From contig JBKQHM010000804.1 in the NCBI GenBank assembly GCA_052148775.1, forward strand, positions 1,576 to 65,575: DNA of 64,000 nucleotides, in the 5' to 3' direction. Of this stretch, positions 44,018 through 53,825 are shown piece by piece (position 1 is the stretch's first letter; each line of letters begins with the position of its first letter). Under the pieces are notes generated by a model. It was not told the origin of the DNA. It saw nothing but the letters and a program-made list of their open reading frames with translations, and made no database searches. Origin of the DNA: Isosphaeraceae bacterium (lineage in GTDB: Bacteria; Planctomycetota; Planctomycetia; Isosphaerales; Isosphaeraceae). A program made the position numbers and the translations under genes.

Positions 44018-45367
44018 TCAACGGCTCATCGCGATGATCCCGCGGGAGCGCGGATCGGCCGGCTTGGCCTCGGCCGGCTTGGTGTCGGTCGGCGCCTTGA
44101 GGGTCTTGAGGAAGCCGACGATCGCCGCGCGATCGCCGCTGTCGAGCGATTCGAAGGCGCGTGTGACGCTCTCCGCGTCCGCCTTGTGCCGGCGGATCGC
44201 GGCCTCGAGGGTCGGCGTCGCGCCGTCGTGGAAGTAGGGTGCGCTGTCGGCGACGCCCCAGAGCGCCGGTGTCTTCCATTCATCAGGCTGCGGGTAGTCG
44301 TCCGGCAGCGGGAGGGGTGGGACCTCGGAGTATCCGCTCGCCGCAGTCCTCGTGTCGACGACCCGGTGGAGGAGGAAGTCGCTGTAGACGCCCGACACGC
44401 CGCCCATGTCGGGCGTATGACAGCCCGCGCAGCCGATCTGCCCGAACAGGACCTTGCCGCGCACCGCCTGATCCCGTCCCTTCGGGTCATCCGGCAGGAT
44501 TTCCAACGGTCTGGGCAGTGTGTCGCAGTACCCTACCAGCGCACGGAACTGGGTTGCGTCCAGGTCCGCGTCCACCTTCGCGTGGACCCCGCGCGTCCAC
44601 GGCCTGGCCTGCTCCATCATCGGGTTGCCCAACCCGAGCTCGTTGGCGCACGCGGCGGCCACGAACTCTTCGAGCGTGGCGAACTGCGCCTTCCAGCCGA
44701 ACTTGCCGACACGTCCGTCCGGCAGCACGCGCGGACGTCCTGGGCGGCCGCCGCTCAGGTCGGCCCCCACGACTTCCTTCCCGATCACCTGCCACGATCG
44801 CTGCCGGCTCTGGTGCAAGATGCTCTTGCCCGAGATCCGGTCGACCCAGCCGGCCCCGAACAGGGCCGTCGGGTTGACCGGCTGGAGATGCACCGGGTCG
44901 AAGTCGCGGGTCTCGATGGTGCAGCCTCCGACGATCTTCAGCCCGCCCTTCACGATGGGGAAGAACTCATGGAGCCCGGCCGGCGTCTCCCGGCACTCCT
45001 TCGAAACCGAGAAGGTGTGCACAACACCGCCCCGAACCTCGGCCCGCCCCGGACTCGGCAGGGCCTCGAACGACGCCACGTTTTGCCTGGCGGAGCCGCC
45101 CCCGCCCACTCCGCCCTGGAAGTGGCAGGCCACGCACGACCGCTCGTTGTACACCGGCCCCAGCCCGTCGCCGGCCGCCATCGAGTCGCCCGGCGTCCAC
45201 TCATGCTCGAACAAGGCCAGCCCCGCTTCCCGCACCGAGGCATCCACGCGAGGCGCCCACAGCACCGGGACCCCGGGCGTCAACATCCAGACCACCCACG
45301 ACACCATCAGCACCGAAAGCCCCAGGCCGACTCGACGTCGCGACCGTGCCAGCACGTTCTCCCTCAT
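44018..45367 (-). CDS. di-haem cytochrome c oxidoreductase/peroxidase-like protein (DUF1111 type), 449 aa
   Basis: ATG at 45367 (MRENVLARSRRRVGLGLSVLMVSWVVWML, signal anchor). Two CxxCH haem motifs: CVACHFQGGVGGGG and CAGCHTPD. Confidence 0.8.
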   Translation of the reverse strand: MRENVLARSRRRVGLGLSVLMVSWVVWMLTPGVPVLWAPRVDASVREAGLALFEHEWTPGDSMAAGDGLGPVYNERSCVACHFQGGVGGGGSARQNVASFEALPSPGRAEVRGGVVHTFSVSKECRETPAGLHEFFPIVKGGLKIVGGCTIETRDFDPVHLQPVNPTALFGAGWVDRISGKSILHQSRQRSWQVIGKEVVGADLSGGRPGRPRVLPDGRVGKFGWKAQFATLEEFVAAACANELGLGNPMMEQARPWTRGVHAKVDADLDATQFRALVGYCDTLPRPLEILPDDPKGRDQAVRGKVLFGQIGCAGCHTPDMGGVSGVYSDFLLHRVVDTRTAASGYSEVPPLPLPDDYPQPDEWKTPALWGVADSAPYFHDGATPTLEAAIRRHKADAESVTRAFESLDSGDRAAIVGFLKTLKAPTDTKPAEAKPADPRSRGIIAMSR

Positions 45368-45526
45368 CGCCAGAGCCCCCCGTCGACAAGAACCAGAAGC
45401 CGCCGTCACCTCGACGGCAAGACCGGGCCGATATCGGTCGCGGCCCGGCCTCCGACATCCATCCGACTCCGACAATTGTAAAGACGACTCGTGATTCCTT
45501 CAAGGGGGATGGGCGAATCGTCCGCG

Positions 45527-46768
45527 TCACGCGATCGTGATGACCCGATGCTGGATCTCGTCGCGCTTCCCCCTCGGCGAGTCGAAGGCGAAGATGCCCA
45601 GGCCGAGGTTGGCGGCCAGGGCGATGTGCTGGGGCTGTCGGATGTCGAAGCCCTCGGACTTCAGCGGGTCGAGCCCCAGCTTGCCGGCGGCACCGACCGG
45701 CGGCAGTCCTTTCTCCTTGCGCTTGGCGTCGACATATCGCCAGGCGACGTGGTCCATGGCCACCGGGTCGGTGGCGAAGAAGAGTGCATTGTTCTCCCAG
45801 GTCCATTCCGGCTTCCATGCGGCCGGCCCTCCCTGGTACACGCCCTTGATCCCGTCCATGATCTGGAGGACGCACTTGCGGCGGATGACCGGGTGGTTGA
45901 CGACCTGCGGGATGAACTGGTTGCAGACGTTGGTATCGGGCGTCCCGTGCGATCGGCAAACGTTGTTGACGTGCCCGTGGCTCATGTTCTTGAGCGCGCC
46001 GGTGACGCCGGCCGAGCCGTGGTCCTTCAGGACGGGCAGAAGCACGAGTTTGTTGACCCGACGGGTCACCAGCAGGCCGAGGTGCGAGCGTCGCGTCCGC
46101 TCGTCCTTGGGATCGAGGCCGGGCATGACAAGTTCCATGACCATGAACTCGTCGGGATCGTAGCCGGTGACCCGGTCGAGGTTGCCCGCCTTCTCGTCGT
46201 CCCCCTTGATGTCGACCTGCTTGCCGTTGTAGGCGACTCCCAGGCCGGTCCAGGCGATCCCGTCGGGGATGGCCTCGTGCATCTTGGCCCCTATGAATTC
46301 ATCGCGATATCGCTCGTAAACGACGATGTCCCTGGTCTTGACGCCGGCCGATTTTAGGCCGTCGATGACCTCGAGCATCAGCTCGGCGGAGCTATTGGCG
46401 AGCGGATTGCCGACCGGGTTCATCTTGACGCCGACGACGTCGCCCGGCTCGAAGAAGCTGCGCCAGGCCTCGACCGCATCGGTGGCCCCGGTCAGTTCCT
46501 TCATGCCCCGGCCGACGGCCAAGTGGATCGCCGCGCGGTCCTTGACGTCATTCTTGATCATCCGGGGGTTGCGGACCTCAATGACGCGTCCCGGATAGGG
46601 GCCGGGAATCCCCCACTTCTCGTCCGCGCCCGCCTTGCCGGCGGCCGCCCTGGGCTCCTGGGCCGAGACGTAGGTCAGGGACATCCCGGCCACCGCGGGC
46701 ATCGCCGCACCCGCGACCAGGAACTGACGGCGGCCGAGGCCGCCCGAGATGTGCTCATGTTGCGACAT
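45527..46768 (-). CDS. Tat-signal DUF362-like protein, 413 aa
   Basis: ATG at 46768 (MSQHEHISGGLGRRQFLVAGAAMPAVAG, twin-arginine motif). GDVVGVKMNPVG... and LLPVLKDHGSAGVTGALKNMSHG resemble DUF362. Assignment from memory. Confidence 0.65.
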   Translation of the reverse strand: MSQHEHISGGLGRRQFLVAGAAMPAVAGMSLTYVSAQEPRAAAGKAGADEKWGIPGPYPGRVIEVRNPRMIKNDVKDRAAIHLAVGRGMKELTGATDAVEAWRSFFEPGDVVGVKMNPVGNPLANSSAELMLEVIDGLKSAGVKTRDIVVYERYRDEFIGAKMHEAIPDGIAWTGLGVAYNGKQVDIKGDDEKAGNLDRVTGYDPDEFMVMELVMPGLDPKDERTRRSHLGLLVTRRVNKLVLLPVLKDHGSAGVTGALKNMSHGHVNNVCRSHGTPDTNVCNQFIPQVVNHPVIRRKCVLQIMDGIKGVYQGGPAAWKPEWTWENNALFFATDPVAMDHVAWRYVDAKRKEKGLPPVGAAGKLGLDPLKSEGFDIRQPQHIALAANLGLGIFAFDSPRGKRDEIQHRVITIA

Positions 46769-46968
46769 GGGAAGTGCTCCTGTGATGGACCGCCAAGGAA
46801 TCCGGGCGAATTCCACCCGTCTCCAGCGTCAAGGCTATCCGGTCCCGAGAGGCGCCGCAACGGCCGGCCATGGACGCATCCCCAACGATCGAACCGCGAT
46901 TGACCGACCCGAGCACCATGGCGACAATGACACCAGAGCCGAGACCATCGCAAACGAGGAGCCGCCCG

Positions 46969-47799
46969 ATGCCGTCGCCCTTCCCCGGCATGGACCCGTA
47001 CCTGGAGAGCCCGGACTGGTTTCCGGACCTCCACGGCAGTCTCATCTTCCTCATGAAAGAAACACTCCAGCGCAAATTGCCCGAGTCCTATTACGCCCAG
47101 TCGAGCCAACGTGTCTGGCTGGAACACACCCAGCACCATTACGAACCCGATGTCGAGGTGGTCCACTCGGCGCAAAGGCCACGCAAGCGGCGCCGGGGCG
47201 GCGATCTCGCCCTGTTGCCCGAGCCCCAGGAAGGTGGACCCGTCATCGTGATGGTCGAGACCATCGAGCATGGGCCGTTCAAGCAATACTTCCTCGAGAT
47301 CCGGAGGCGTCGAGGCAAGGAGATCCAGATCATCACCTCGATCGAAGTCCTCAGCCCTTCCAACAAGAAGACGGGACACCCAAGCCGCGAGCAGTTCTTG
47401 GAGAAGCAGCGGAAGATGATCGAGAGCGGGACTCATCTGGTCGAGATCGACCTGCTCCGCGGCGGGACGCACGCACTGGCCGTCCCCAAGGAAATCGTCA
47501 AGGCACAGGCCGGCCCGTTCGATTATCTGGTCTCGATCCACCGCTTCAATCGACCCAAGGAATTCCTCATCTATCCCATCCCCATGACCCGGCGTCTCCC
47601 CGAGATCGGCATCCCGCTGCTGCCGGGTGATCCCGACGTGCCGCTCGACCTCCAGGCGGCCTTCGACCGGGCCTATGATGCCGGCCCCTTCGGGCGAGAG
47701 ATCGAATACGGCAAGGATCCGATCGTGCCTCGTCTGAAGCCCGAACAGGCCGAGTGGGCCGCGAGCCTGCTCCGGCCGCGCGGGCGGCGCACGCGATGA
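46969..47799 (+). CDS. DUF4058 family protein (PD-(D/E)XK-like signature), 276 aa
   Basis: The hallmark N-terminus MPSPFPGMDPYLE starts at ATG 46969. PDVEV ... SIEVLSPSNK ... LVEIDLLRGG resembles the Uma2/restriction-endonuclease-fold D...E.K pattern. Confidence 0.85.
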   Translation: MPSPFPGMDPYLESPDWFPDLHGSLIFLMKETLQRKLPESYYAQSSQRVWLEHTQHHYEPDVEVVHSAQRPRKRRRGGDLALLPEPQEGGPVIVMVETIEHGPFKQYFLEIRRRRGKEIQIITSIEVLSPSNKKTGHPSREQFLEKQRKMIESGTHLVEIDLLRGGTHALAVPKEIVKAQAGPFDYLVSIHRFNRPKEFLIYPIPMTRRLPEIGIPLLPGDPDVPLDLQAAFDRAYDAGPFGREIEYGKDPIVPRLKPEQAEWAASLLRPRGRRTR

Positions 47800-47810
47800 G
47801 CCGGCCCTTT

Positions 47811-48710
47811 TCAGGCCCCCGGCGCCTGCGACGACGCACCAGGAAGTTTCAATCCCAGCTCGGCGACCTTCGGCAGATAACGCGCCCAGTCCACGGCGAT
47901 GGGCGGCTTGATGCTCGGCTCGTCGATGTTGATGCCCAGCGACAGCGGCCGAACCCGCGGGTGATGCGCCTGGCTGTCGACCATCGGCAGGAGGTTCTCC
48001 TTGATGTCCGCGGCGCGCGCCGCCTTCTGCCGGTCCTGTTCCTCCCGGAAGCGGAGCGCGATCTGGTGGAGAGTGATAATCCTCCAGAAGTGGTACCATT
48101 CCTCGACCATGACGTGCTCGCGGCACCAGTCCCAGGACGCCATGCGCTCGAGGTCGTCGCGACGGATCAGCAGCACCCGGATGCAGCACTTGCGGACGAC
48201 CTTCCGATCCTCGCAGGTCACGGCCAGCAGCCACTCGTCCCGTCGGAACGATGCCGAGGCCAGGCTCCCGGCCACGCTGTTGACGACGTCGTTGACGATC
48301 TCGAAGCCGGCTCTGCCCTCGGTGGCAAGGATCGGGTCGGTGAGACTGGCCTGCTCGGCCAGGCTGCGGGTCACCCGTCGCAGCGCCACGTTGTCCAGGA
48401 GCTGGTCGACCGTCCGGGGCGGCAGCACGCTCCGGAGCTGGAGCTGGTAGCGCTCGCCCCCGTCCGCACCGGCCGAGGACTCGCCGATCGGCGTCAGCAG
48501 GTTTGCCGAGAACACCACCTGGTCCGACCGTCCCTGGGTGATCTGGCGCCACTGGCGATACAGCACCAGCCAGCCGATGACCACCACGGCCACCGCCTGG
48601 AAGATGCCCTCCAGCAACTTCTCGCCGAGGAGTTCGAGAACCTCTCGCACATCGATCCCCTGAAACCAGGAGGAAATCGAGGCCCAGATGTCGTGAAACC
48701 CGGAATCCAT
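47811..48710 (-). CDS. hypothetical membrane-anchored protein, no family recognised, 299 aa
   Basis: ATG at 48710 (MDSGFHDIWASISSWFQG...). One predicted TM helix (IFQAVAVVVIGWLVLY). Strongly GC3-biased frame and protein-like composition (W/F/I/K/E), unlike the two overlapping Arg/Pro-rich track ORFs. Confidence 0.7.
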   Translation of the reverse strand: MDSGFHDIWASISSWFQGIDVREVLELLGEKLLEGIFQAVAVVVIGWLVLYRQWRQITQGRSDQVVFSANLLTPIGESSAGADGGERYQLQLRSVLPPRTVDQLLDNVALRRVTRSLAEQASLTDPILATEGRAGFEIVNDVVNSVAGSLASASFRRDEWLLAVTCEDRKVVRKCCIRVLLIRRDDLERMASWDWCREHVMVEEWYHFWRIITLHQIALRFREEQDRQKAARAADIKENLLPMVDSQAHHPRVRPLSLGINIDEPSIKPPIAVDWARYLPKVAELGLKLPGASSQAPGA

Positions 48711-49267
48711 CGTCGGATTTCTCCTTCGTGGGAGAGAAAAGACAGGCAGGCAGGGAATCCCCGCACGCCTCGTTGTCGAGCAAACCGCGTGCATCGCCTC
48801 GCGAGCCTCTGAGTGTACCCGCCTGTCGGCTCGGGTTGAACGGCCCTGTCGGCTCATCTCCGGCGAGGAGGGCCGGCCGCATCTCGAGCCGCCACGATCG
48901 CGCCAGCACGTCGACGGGACCTCACGCCGACGCCCATCCCATGCATCCTGCCCCGAATGACCCAACGCCCCGGGCCATCTCTGGCTTCCCTTGTCAGTTG
49001 CGCCATGCCGTCAAGGCAATGCTTACAAAGCGAGCGTGCACCGTGCCCGTTTTCCTGGCACATATCCGCATGCACTGACCCCACGTTTACAAGAAGAGAC
49101 CGCGTTCTATCTCTAAGAAAGGAAAGGTTTTGGGGCGAGCGATCATCGAAGTGTGTCGGAGAAACGCAACATCCCGGCGAGATTCCGGCGTTCGGTATTC
49201 CAGTTGCTTAAGGGGGTATTATCGGACATCCATTTCTTCCATGACTCCTTTCCCGAAGGAGGCGACC

Positions 49268-49417
49268 ATGAGTCCCAAGAAGCGTCGCAAGATCTACGGA
49301 GTCCGTCGTGAGTCGCGCAGGCCGCGTGGCTGGACGCGCTGGTTCCATGAAGGCTTGCTCGAGGCCGATCCGGCCGCGAGCGTGCGGCTCCGCACGGTCC
49401 TCTGGGGCCAGAAATGA
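49268..49417 (+). CDS. candidate small basic protein, 49 aa
   Basis: GAAGGAGG (49255-49262) lies 5 nt before ATG 49268. MSPKKRRKIYGVRRESRRPRGWTRWFHEGLLEADPAASVRLRTVLWGQK*. No family recognised. Support is RBS strength plus moderate GC3 only. Confidence 0.35.
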   Translation: MSPKKRRKIYGVRRESRRPRGWTRWFHEGLLEADPAASVRLRTVLWGQK

Positions 49418-49720
49418 GAGCAGATTCAAGGATCTTGATATTTCAGGTTAGCCGATACCAACATATCCCATTTTCGCAAATAGGGGCCGGCCCTGCTGGG
49501 CGGCGATCTTGATCGCGCCCTCAACCGGCCCGAGAAGCCCCCGTCTCCGCTCGGTGTTCACCGACCATTCTTCCCGCATTGTTGACCATTCGAATCCTCC
49601 CTGCCCCGACTCCCCGCTCCCTCTTGCATTCATCGAAGCACGCGTCATGATAGAGACTTGAAGGCCCCCCGGCTTCGGACGGCGTCTCGCGCGGATGTCC
49701 GGTCGCCCCTGGCCGCGGAT

Positions 49721-49745
49721 CGTGACGTGACGTGACGTGATGTGA
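49721..49745. repeat. pentanucleotide microsatellite (CGTGA)4 + TGTGA
   Basis: cgtgacgtgacgtgacgtgatgtga, about 65 nt upstream of the putative sigma-factor promoter motif. Confidence 0.9.
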
Positions 49746-49808
49746 CCGACTCGCCCGAGCTGATGGAAGGCCCCCGCAGTCGCGGCCCCGCGGAAAAAAC
49801 TCAACGAT

Positions 49809-49837
49809 CGCGTGAGTTTTCCGCCCCGGCGCATTCT
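49809..49837 (+). promoter_or_regulatory. candidate ECF-type promoter (site 1) upstream of the sigma factor gene
   Basis: CGCGTGAGTTTTCCGCCCCGGCGCATTCT, ending 18 nt before ATG 49856. Near-identical to site 2 at 53826-53855. Confidence 0.45.
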
Positions 49838-49855
49838 TTGAGGATAGGGGGCTTC

Positions 49856-50413
49856 ATGTCCCACGCCGGCGAGGAGCTGCCGCGCCCGCTGGAGCAGTAC
49901 CGCGACTACCTCGGCATCCTGGCTCGACTGCATCTGGGCCCTTGGTTGCAGGGGCTGATGGACTCCTCCGACATCGTGCAGGAGACGCTCTTGAAGGCCC
50001 ATGAGAACCTCAGCGGTTTTCGGGGCAAGACCGACGGCGAACTCCGGGCTTGGCTGCGGACGATCCTGGCGCAGCAACTGGCTCTGATCGCCCGCAAGCG
50101 CGGGCGGCAGCCAGTCCAGGCGCACTCGCTGGAGCTGGCCCTGGAGCAATCGTCGGCCCGGCTGGAGTCGTTGCTGGCCGCCGACGAGTCGAGCCCGAGC
50201 CAGCAGCAAATCCAATCCGAGCGGTTGATCGAGTTGGCCGCGGCTTTGGCGACTTTGCCCGAGGATCAGCGGACCGCCCTGGAGCTGAGATACCTGGATG
50301 GACTGCCCGTCGCCGACGTTGCCGCGCGGATGAACCGGAGCAGCGTGTCGGTCACAGGGCTGTTATACCGCGGCACCAAGGCGCTTCGGGGACAATTGGA
50401 CCGCCCCCCGTAG
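49856..50413 (+). CDS. ECF-family RNA polymerase sigma factor, 185 aa
   Basis: ATG at 49856. Region 2: SSDIVQETLLKAHENLSGFRGKTDGELRAWLRTILAQQL. Region 4: LPEDQRTALELRYLDGLPVADVAARMNRSSVSVTGLLYRGTKALR. Confidence 0.9.
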   Translation: MSHAGEELPRPLEQYRDYLGILARLHLGPWLQGLMDSSDIVQETLLKAHENLSGFRGKTDGELRAWLRTILAQQLALIARKRGRQPVQAHSLELALEQSSARLESLLAADESSPSQQQIQSERLIELAAALATLPEDQRTALELRYLDGLPVADVAARMNRSSVSVTGLLYRGTKALRGQLDRPP

Positions 50414-50431
50414 GACGAGGCAACCCCCATC

Positions 50432-53400
50432 ATGGCGAGCGATCACGACGACGCGGGGCCGGATCGAGAGCCACGGCTCTGGGTGGTCCTGGAGGCCTAC
50501 CTCCGGGCGGTCGAGTCGGGTCGGCCGCCGGACCGCCCGGCGTGGCTGGCTCAGCACCCCGATCTGGCCGACGAGCTGGCCGGCTTCCTGGATGAGCAAG
50601 ACCGGCTGATGCAGTGGACCAAGCCGCTGCGCCCCATCGCCGCGGAAGCCGCGCTCGACCAGACCGTGGCCCATGTCCCCGGCGATGGGACCGGGGACGG
50701 CGCGCCGGGATCCGAACCCACGGCGCCGCCGGGGAACGACGCGGTGGCGGCCACGCCCGGCGCGCGGCTCCGCAGCTTCGGCGACTATGAGCTGATCAAG
50801 CCGATCGCACTGGGCGGCATCGGCGCCGTCTTCAAGGCGCGGCAGCGGAGTTTGAATCGCCTGGTGGCGTTGAAGATGGTCCGGGGAGGCTTGCTGGCGA
50901 CCGACGAGGACTTGCTGCGGTTCCGGCAGGAAGCCGAGGCGGTCGCGCAGCTCGACCACCCGCACATCGTGCCGATCTACGAGGTGGGCGAGTCCGAGGG
51001 ATTCCGCTACTTCTCGATGAAGCTGGCCGACGGCGGCAGCCTGGCCCGGCGATTGCCCGAGTTCGCCGCCGACCCCCGCTTGTCCGCACGGCTCGTGGCC
51101 ACGGTCGCCCGGGCCGTCCATCATGCCCACCAGCGGGGGATCCTCCATCGCGACCTCAAGCCGTCGAACATCCTGCTCGACGATCAGGGCCAGCCCCACG
51201 TGACCGACTTCGGCCTGGCCAAGCGGCTGGAGGGGGACTCCGAACTGACCCAGACCGGCGCGATCCTGGGGACCCCCAGCTACATGGCGCCGGAACAAGC
51301 CTCGGGCCGGAGAGGGGCGGTCACGATCGCGACCGACGTCTACGGACTCGGTGCCGTCCTCTACGCCCTTCTGACCGGCCGCCCTCCGTTCCAGGGCGAT
51401 TCGGTCGCCGAGACGATCGAGGACGTGAGGCTGCGCGAGCCCGAGCCGCCCAGCGGCCTCAACCGCCGCGTGCACCGCGATCTCCAGACGATCTGCCTGA
51501 AGTGCCTGGAGAAGCAGCCGGCGCGGCGATACCGCACGGCGCAGGACCTGGCGGACGACCTGGACCGCTGGCTGCGCGGAGAGCCGATCGTGGCGCGGCG
51601 AGTGGGCCGGGCCGAACACGCCTGGCGCTGGTGCCGGCGCAATCCCCGGGCGACGGTCCTGCTCGCGGCGATGGCCTTGCTCGCCCTTGCCGCGTCCGCG
51701 GGATTCGTCGTCGCCCTCAATGCCCGCGACGCGGTCGCCCAGGTCAACCGCGACCTGCTACGGCGCCAGGCTCTCTACCAGCGCAAACAGTACCTCGGCG
51801 AAATCCGGCAAGCCGCTTACCTGATCGAATCCAACAAGCTCGCCGAGGCGGCCGACCTGCTCGTGCGGCATCGTCCCGCTCCCGGTGCCGAGGACCCGCG
51901 TGGCTTCGAATGGTTCTATCTCTGGCGGCTCTGCCACCCGGCCGGCCGAACCCTGCGAGGTCATGAGGGCGATGTTTATCACGCCGAGTTCTCCCCGGAC
52001 GGCAAGCTCCTGGCGACCTCCGGCAGGGATCAGACCGTCCGGCTCTGGGACGTCGCCACCGGCGAGACCCGAATGGTCTTGACCGGCCACTCCCACGATG
52101 TGAACTGGGTCACGTTCTCTCCCGACGGCGGGACCCTGGCCACTGCCAGCGAGGACCTGTCCGTCAAACTCTGGGACGCGGCCATCGGCCAGGAGCAGAG
52201 GACCCTTCTCGGACACTCGACCGAGGTCGTGAGCGCGGTCTTCACCCCGGACGGCCGGCGCCTCGTCTCCGGCGATCGCGGAGGCCAGGTGATCGTCTGG
52301 GACCCCATGACGGGGCGCGAGGTCGATGCGTTCCGCGTGCTCGGGGAGCTCATCGAATCCATGGCGATCTCTCCGGACGGCACCACCCTGGCCGTCGGCG
52401 GACAAGGGGTTGAACTCTGGAACCTCGCCACCGGCCGGAAGAAGCTTGTCGTCGAGGAAGACTCGTCCCAGGTCCTGTCCGTCGCGTTCGACCAACGGTT
52501 CCTGGTCACCACGAACGGAGAAAAAATCCACGCCTGGGACGTCCCGAGTGGAGAGCGCCAGGCCGAGTTCTCGGACGATCCAGCGCCCGGGACCGCCACA
52601 GTGTACTCCATCGCTTCGATTCCGACTCTCGCCGGTGGCTGGCTGGCATGGGCGGACGAGCGGGGCCGGGTGGACTTCTGGGACTGGGATTATGGAGATC
52701 GGGGGAAGATCTACACGGGCCAGGACCGAATCTGGTGCGCCAGCTTCGCACCCGGGGGCCGGACCCTGGCCACCGCCAGTCGGGACGGAACCGTCAAGCT
52801 CTGGGACGTCATGCGCGATACCGACCGGCTTATCATCCCGGTCGGCCACGAGGGGATCCGCTCGTTCGCCTTCTCCTCGGACGGCCGGACCTTGTCTGCC
52901 GCAGATGCCCAAGGAACGGTCGGGATCTGGGAGACCGATGGCGGCAAGCAAATCTCCTCGCGGACGTTCCCTCTCTCTGGCATAATCGGGGGCGTCGAGC
53001 TCTCGCGGGACGCGACGGCCCTGGCCATTGTCGGTGAAGACAAATCCTGCCAGGTCTGGGACATCAAGACCGGACGCCGAATTCTGTCCCTCGAAAACGC
53101 CGTGGGTCACGTCCGGCTCTCTCCCGATGGGAAAAGCCTTTGCACGGCCTGGGGGAGCCGCTGGGACCAATTACGACTCCGAATCCGGGATACTCAAGGG
53201 GATCGGGAGTTCCTCGTCGGTGATCCGGGCCAGATCGGCGACTGGGCCTTTTCGCCGGATCGAAGCCAGCTTGCCATGACGTATGCCTCCCGGGGCTCAC
53301 CAGTCTTTGCGGATCCGATCTCCAGACACACCCGGAATACCAGCGGGGAAGGACATCTCGGTGGGATCACGGCCCTGGAGTTCGCCGCGGATGGCCGGGC

Positions 53401-53722
53401 ACTCGCCACGGGTGGCGGAGATCATACGATCAAGCTATGGGACGTCGATGCCGGGAAGGAACGGGTCACTCTGCGCGGAATCAACGGCGAAGCCCACGCC
53501 ATGGCCTTCTCCCGGAACGGGAAGACCCTGGCCTTTCGCGATACGGGGACGATCCGGCTCTGGGATATCCCGGCGGAGGAACACAGCCTCAGCCTGGAGC
53601 TCATCCATTCCCCGAGGGGGGACCTGCGATTCTCGCCGGACGGCTCGGCCCTGGCGACCTTCGGGCTCGGCCGTGCCGACCGCTGGGTGATCTACATCTG
53701 GCCCGCCCCCCGCGTGGACTGA
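50432..53722 (+). CDS. Ser/Thr protein kinase with TM segment and long WD40 repeat region, 1096 aa
   Basis: Starts 18 nt after the sigma gene. Kinase motifs [58 protein letters not shown]. More than 10 WD40 units ([32 protein letters not shown], etc.). Confidence 0.9.
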   Translation: MASDHDDAGPDREPRLWVVLEAYLRAVESGRPPDRPAWLAQHPDLADELAGFLDEQDRLMQWTKPLRPIAAEAALDQTVAHVPGDGTGDGAPGSEPTAPPGNDAVAATPGARLRSFGDYELIKPIALGGIGAVFKARQRSLNRLVALKMVRGGLLATDEDLLRFRQEAEAVAQLDHPHIVPIYEVGESEGFRYFSMKLADGGSLARRLPEFAADPRLSARLVATVARAVHHAHQRGILHRDLKPSNILLDDQGQPHVTDFGLAKRLEGDSELTQTGAILGTPSYMAPEQASGRRGAVTIATDVYGLGAVLYALLTGRPPFQGDSVAETIEDVRLREPEPPSGLNRRVHRDLQTICLKCLEKQPARRYRTAQDLADDLDRWLRGEPIVARRVGRAEHAWRWCRRNPRATVLLAAMALLALAASAGFVVALNARDAVAQVNRDLLRRQALYQRKQYLGEIRQAAYLIESNKLAEAADLLVRHRPAPGAEDPRGFEWFYLWRLCHPAGRTLRGHEGDVYHAEFSPDGKLLATSGRDQTVRLWDVATGETRMVLTGHSHDVNWVTFSPDGGTLATASEDLSVKLWDAAIGQEQRTLLGHSTEVVSAVFTPDGRRLVSGDRGGQVIVWDPMTGREVDAFRVLGELIESMAISPDGTTLAVGGQGVELWNLATGRKKLVVEEDSSQVLSVAFDQRFLVTTNGEKIHAWDVPSGERQAEFSDDPAPGTATVYSIASIPTLAGGWLAWADERGRVDFWDWDYGDRGKIYTGQDRIWCASFAPGGRTLATASRDGTVKLWDVMRDTDRLIIPVGHEGIRSFAFSSDGRTLSAADAQGTVGIWETDGGKQISSRTFPLSGIIGGVELSRDATALAIVGEDKSCQVWDIKTGRRILSLENAVGHVRLSPDGKSLCTAWGSRWDQLRLRIRDTQGDREFLVGDPGQIGDWAFSPDRSQLAMTYASRGSPVFADPISRHTRNTSGEGHLGGITALEFAADGRALATGGGDHTIKLWDVDAGKERVTLRGINGEAHAMAFSRNGKTLAFRDTGTIRLWDIPAEEHSLSLELIHSPRGDLRFSPDGSALATFGLGRADRWVIYIWPAPRVD

Positions 53723-53825
53723 AGCGGGCGGCTCGCCATGCGATCACCGGCATCGGCGCAGGTCGCCCACCTCTTCGATCCTCAGTAACCTTCGAACCCC
53801 GAAATTCGAACAAATCGCTAGCCAC

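Noticed and set aside
43952-45494. 509-aa and 324-aa plus-strand ORFs over the DUF1111 gene
   Set aside because: The minus frame has two CxxCH haem motifs and a signal anchor. The plus frames are Arg/Pro-rich with no motifs.
46675-48909. 744-aa minus-strand ORF and 352-aa plus-strand ORF spanning the DUF4058 and orphan genes
   Set aside because: They overlap the DUF4058 gene, whose hallmark MPSPFPGMDPYLE start is unambiguous, and the GC3-biased 299-aa frame. The translations are Arg/Pro/Gly-rich junk.
49589-49609. TTCGAATCCTCCCTGCCCCGA, resembling a tRNA T-loop plus 3' acceptor strand
   Set aside because: No complementary T-stem 5' half (the preceding bases are TGACCA, not GGAGG), no D-arm or anticodon arm, and no acceptor partner upstream, so it is not a tRNA gene. 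It could be an att-like tRNA 3' remnant, but a ~12-nt match is within chance expectation for 128 kb of two-strand sequence.
49448-50215. 255-aa minus-strand ORF overlapping the ECF sigma gene
   Set aside because: Most of it is antisense to a clear sigma-70 region 2/4 protein. Only its last ~45-65 codons (49448-49650) lie in intergenic DNA, and that part is mentioned as a weak small-ORF possibility only.
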